From: Histomonas meleagridis 2922-C6/04-290x
Taxonomy: Eukaryota > Protista > Parabasalia
NCBI GenBank assembly: GCA_020184695.1
Contig: JAANOX010000235.1
Coordinates: forward strand, 62,001 to 126,000
DNA: 64,000 nucleotides
Reading direction: 5' to 3'
Positions 63,369-64,000 of this stretch are shown piece by piece. Under the pieces are notes generated by a model, which was not told the origin of the DNA, ran no database searches, and saw only the letters and a list, made by a program, of their open reading frames with translations. How positions within the stretch are numbered: the stretch's first letter is position 1; every line of letters begins with the position of its first letter. The position numbers and the translations under genes are program-made.

Positions 63369-64000
63369 TTACAATATCAAACAACATTTTGATTTTGCTT
63401 CTGAAGACTTTTGTGGAGTTGCAATAGGTGCCTTTTTCTCTGAGTTAAGAAGCTTTGGTTCTGCTTCTGTATCTGTGTAAATGATGTTTGACTCCGTCAC
63501 GCCTTTGTCCGTGTTTACGTCGTCAGCTTTTCTCCATTTTGGTTCATCTGTTTCCTCTATTTGAACAGAAGGTTGAGGTGTCGGCTCTTTTACTTCCTCT
63601 TCCTCCTCTTTTGATTTTTCTTTCTCTTTTGATTGAGGTTCAGTTTCAGATGCAAAACTGATTTGACTCATATCATTCTGTTTTTTGGCTTCTGATTGAT
63701 CATCACTGGATGAGCTTGTATCATTTTGAATATCATCTTGAGTGCTTTTTGCTATTTCTTCTAAGTCTTGCATTGTTGATTCACCAAATGGAATATCTTT
63801 GGGATCATGTTTACTAATCTCACTTGTATTTTCATCATCACAATCATCAGCTATTCGGCTAAACCCATCGGGCATTTGAGATATTGAGCCTCGCCGACTT
63901 GAAGGATCAATTTTTGTTGGTATTTCAGAAGAGGATGATGAAGTGGGAGCATAACTTTCAGGTTCGAAGTAAGATGACTCCCTGTCATCAATCTTGACAT
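63369..64000 (-). CDS. Acidic low-complexity protein with a C-terminal CaaX prenylation motif (5' part outside the window)
   Basis: The frame is open to the window edge and ends SKCCLIL-TAA (CLIL CaaX plus an adjacent Cys). Confidence 0.8.
   Translation of the reverse strand, partial: VKIDDRESSYFEPESYAPTSSSSSEIPTKIDPSSRRGSISQMPDGFSRIADDCDDENTSEISKHDPKDIPFGESTMQDLEEIAKSTQDDIQNDTSSSSDDQSEAKKQNDMSQISFASETEPQSKEKEKSKEEEEEVKEPTPQPSVQIEETDEPKWRKADDVNTDKGVTESNIIYTDTEAEPKLLNSEKKAPIATPQKSSEAKSKCCLIL

Overview
This is an AT-rich, gene-dense eukaryotic genomic window, almost certainly from a parabasalid (Tritrichomonas-like). The evidence is DUF3447-ankyrin genes, a BspA-type LRR surface protein, R2R3 Myb, carbamate kinase, TCA(C/T)T initiator motifs just upstream of ATGs, and housekeeping genes without introns. 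About 20 genes are intact (LARP1 DM15 protein, GAF-PDE, exportin-T-like, WDR11-like, LRRC56, V-ATPase c, BTB, M20 peptidase, Rpt2, YdeN hydrolase, carbamate kinase, amino-acid transporter, talin-like I/LWEQ protein and others), interspersed with pseudogenes. The main discovery is in three ankyrin-repeat arrays (50-942 minus, 21259-23684 plus, 41425-42138 plus) that look broken in the ORF track. In every repeat, the codons of the beta-hairpin motif D-x-x-G-x-T are separated by AT-rich inserts of exactly 17 nt with no GT-AG ends, giving a codon+17 (20-nt) period. Removing the 58 inserts from the 20071-23759 gene by hand gives one uninterrupted 2703-nt ORF (900 aa) with 15 canonical ankyrin repeats, and the isolated single-codon exons are the hypervariable binding residues. 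About 97 such inserts occur in the window. Related observations are a 17-nt minisatellite resembling one insert class, sequence exchange between arrays, and an all-A-to-G hypermutated tract at an array junction. Whether the inserts are removed from RNA or from DNA, or not at all, cannot be determined from sequence alone. Many other frameshifts fall in homopolymers and may be assembly errors.
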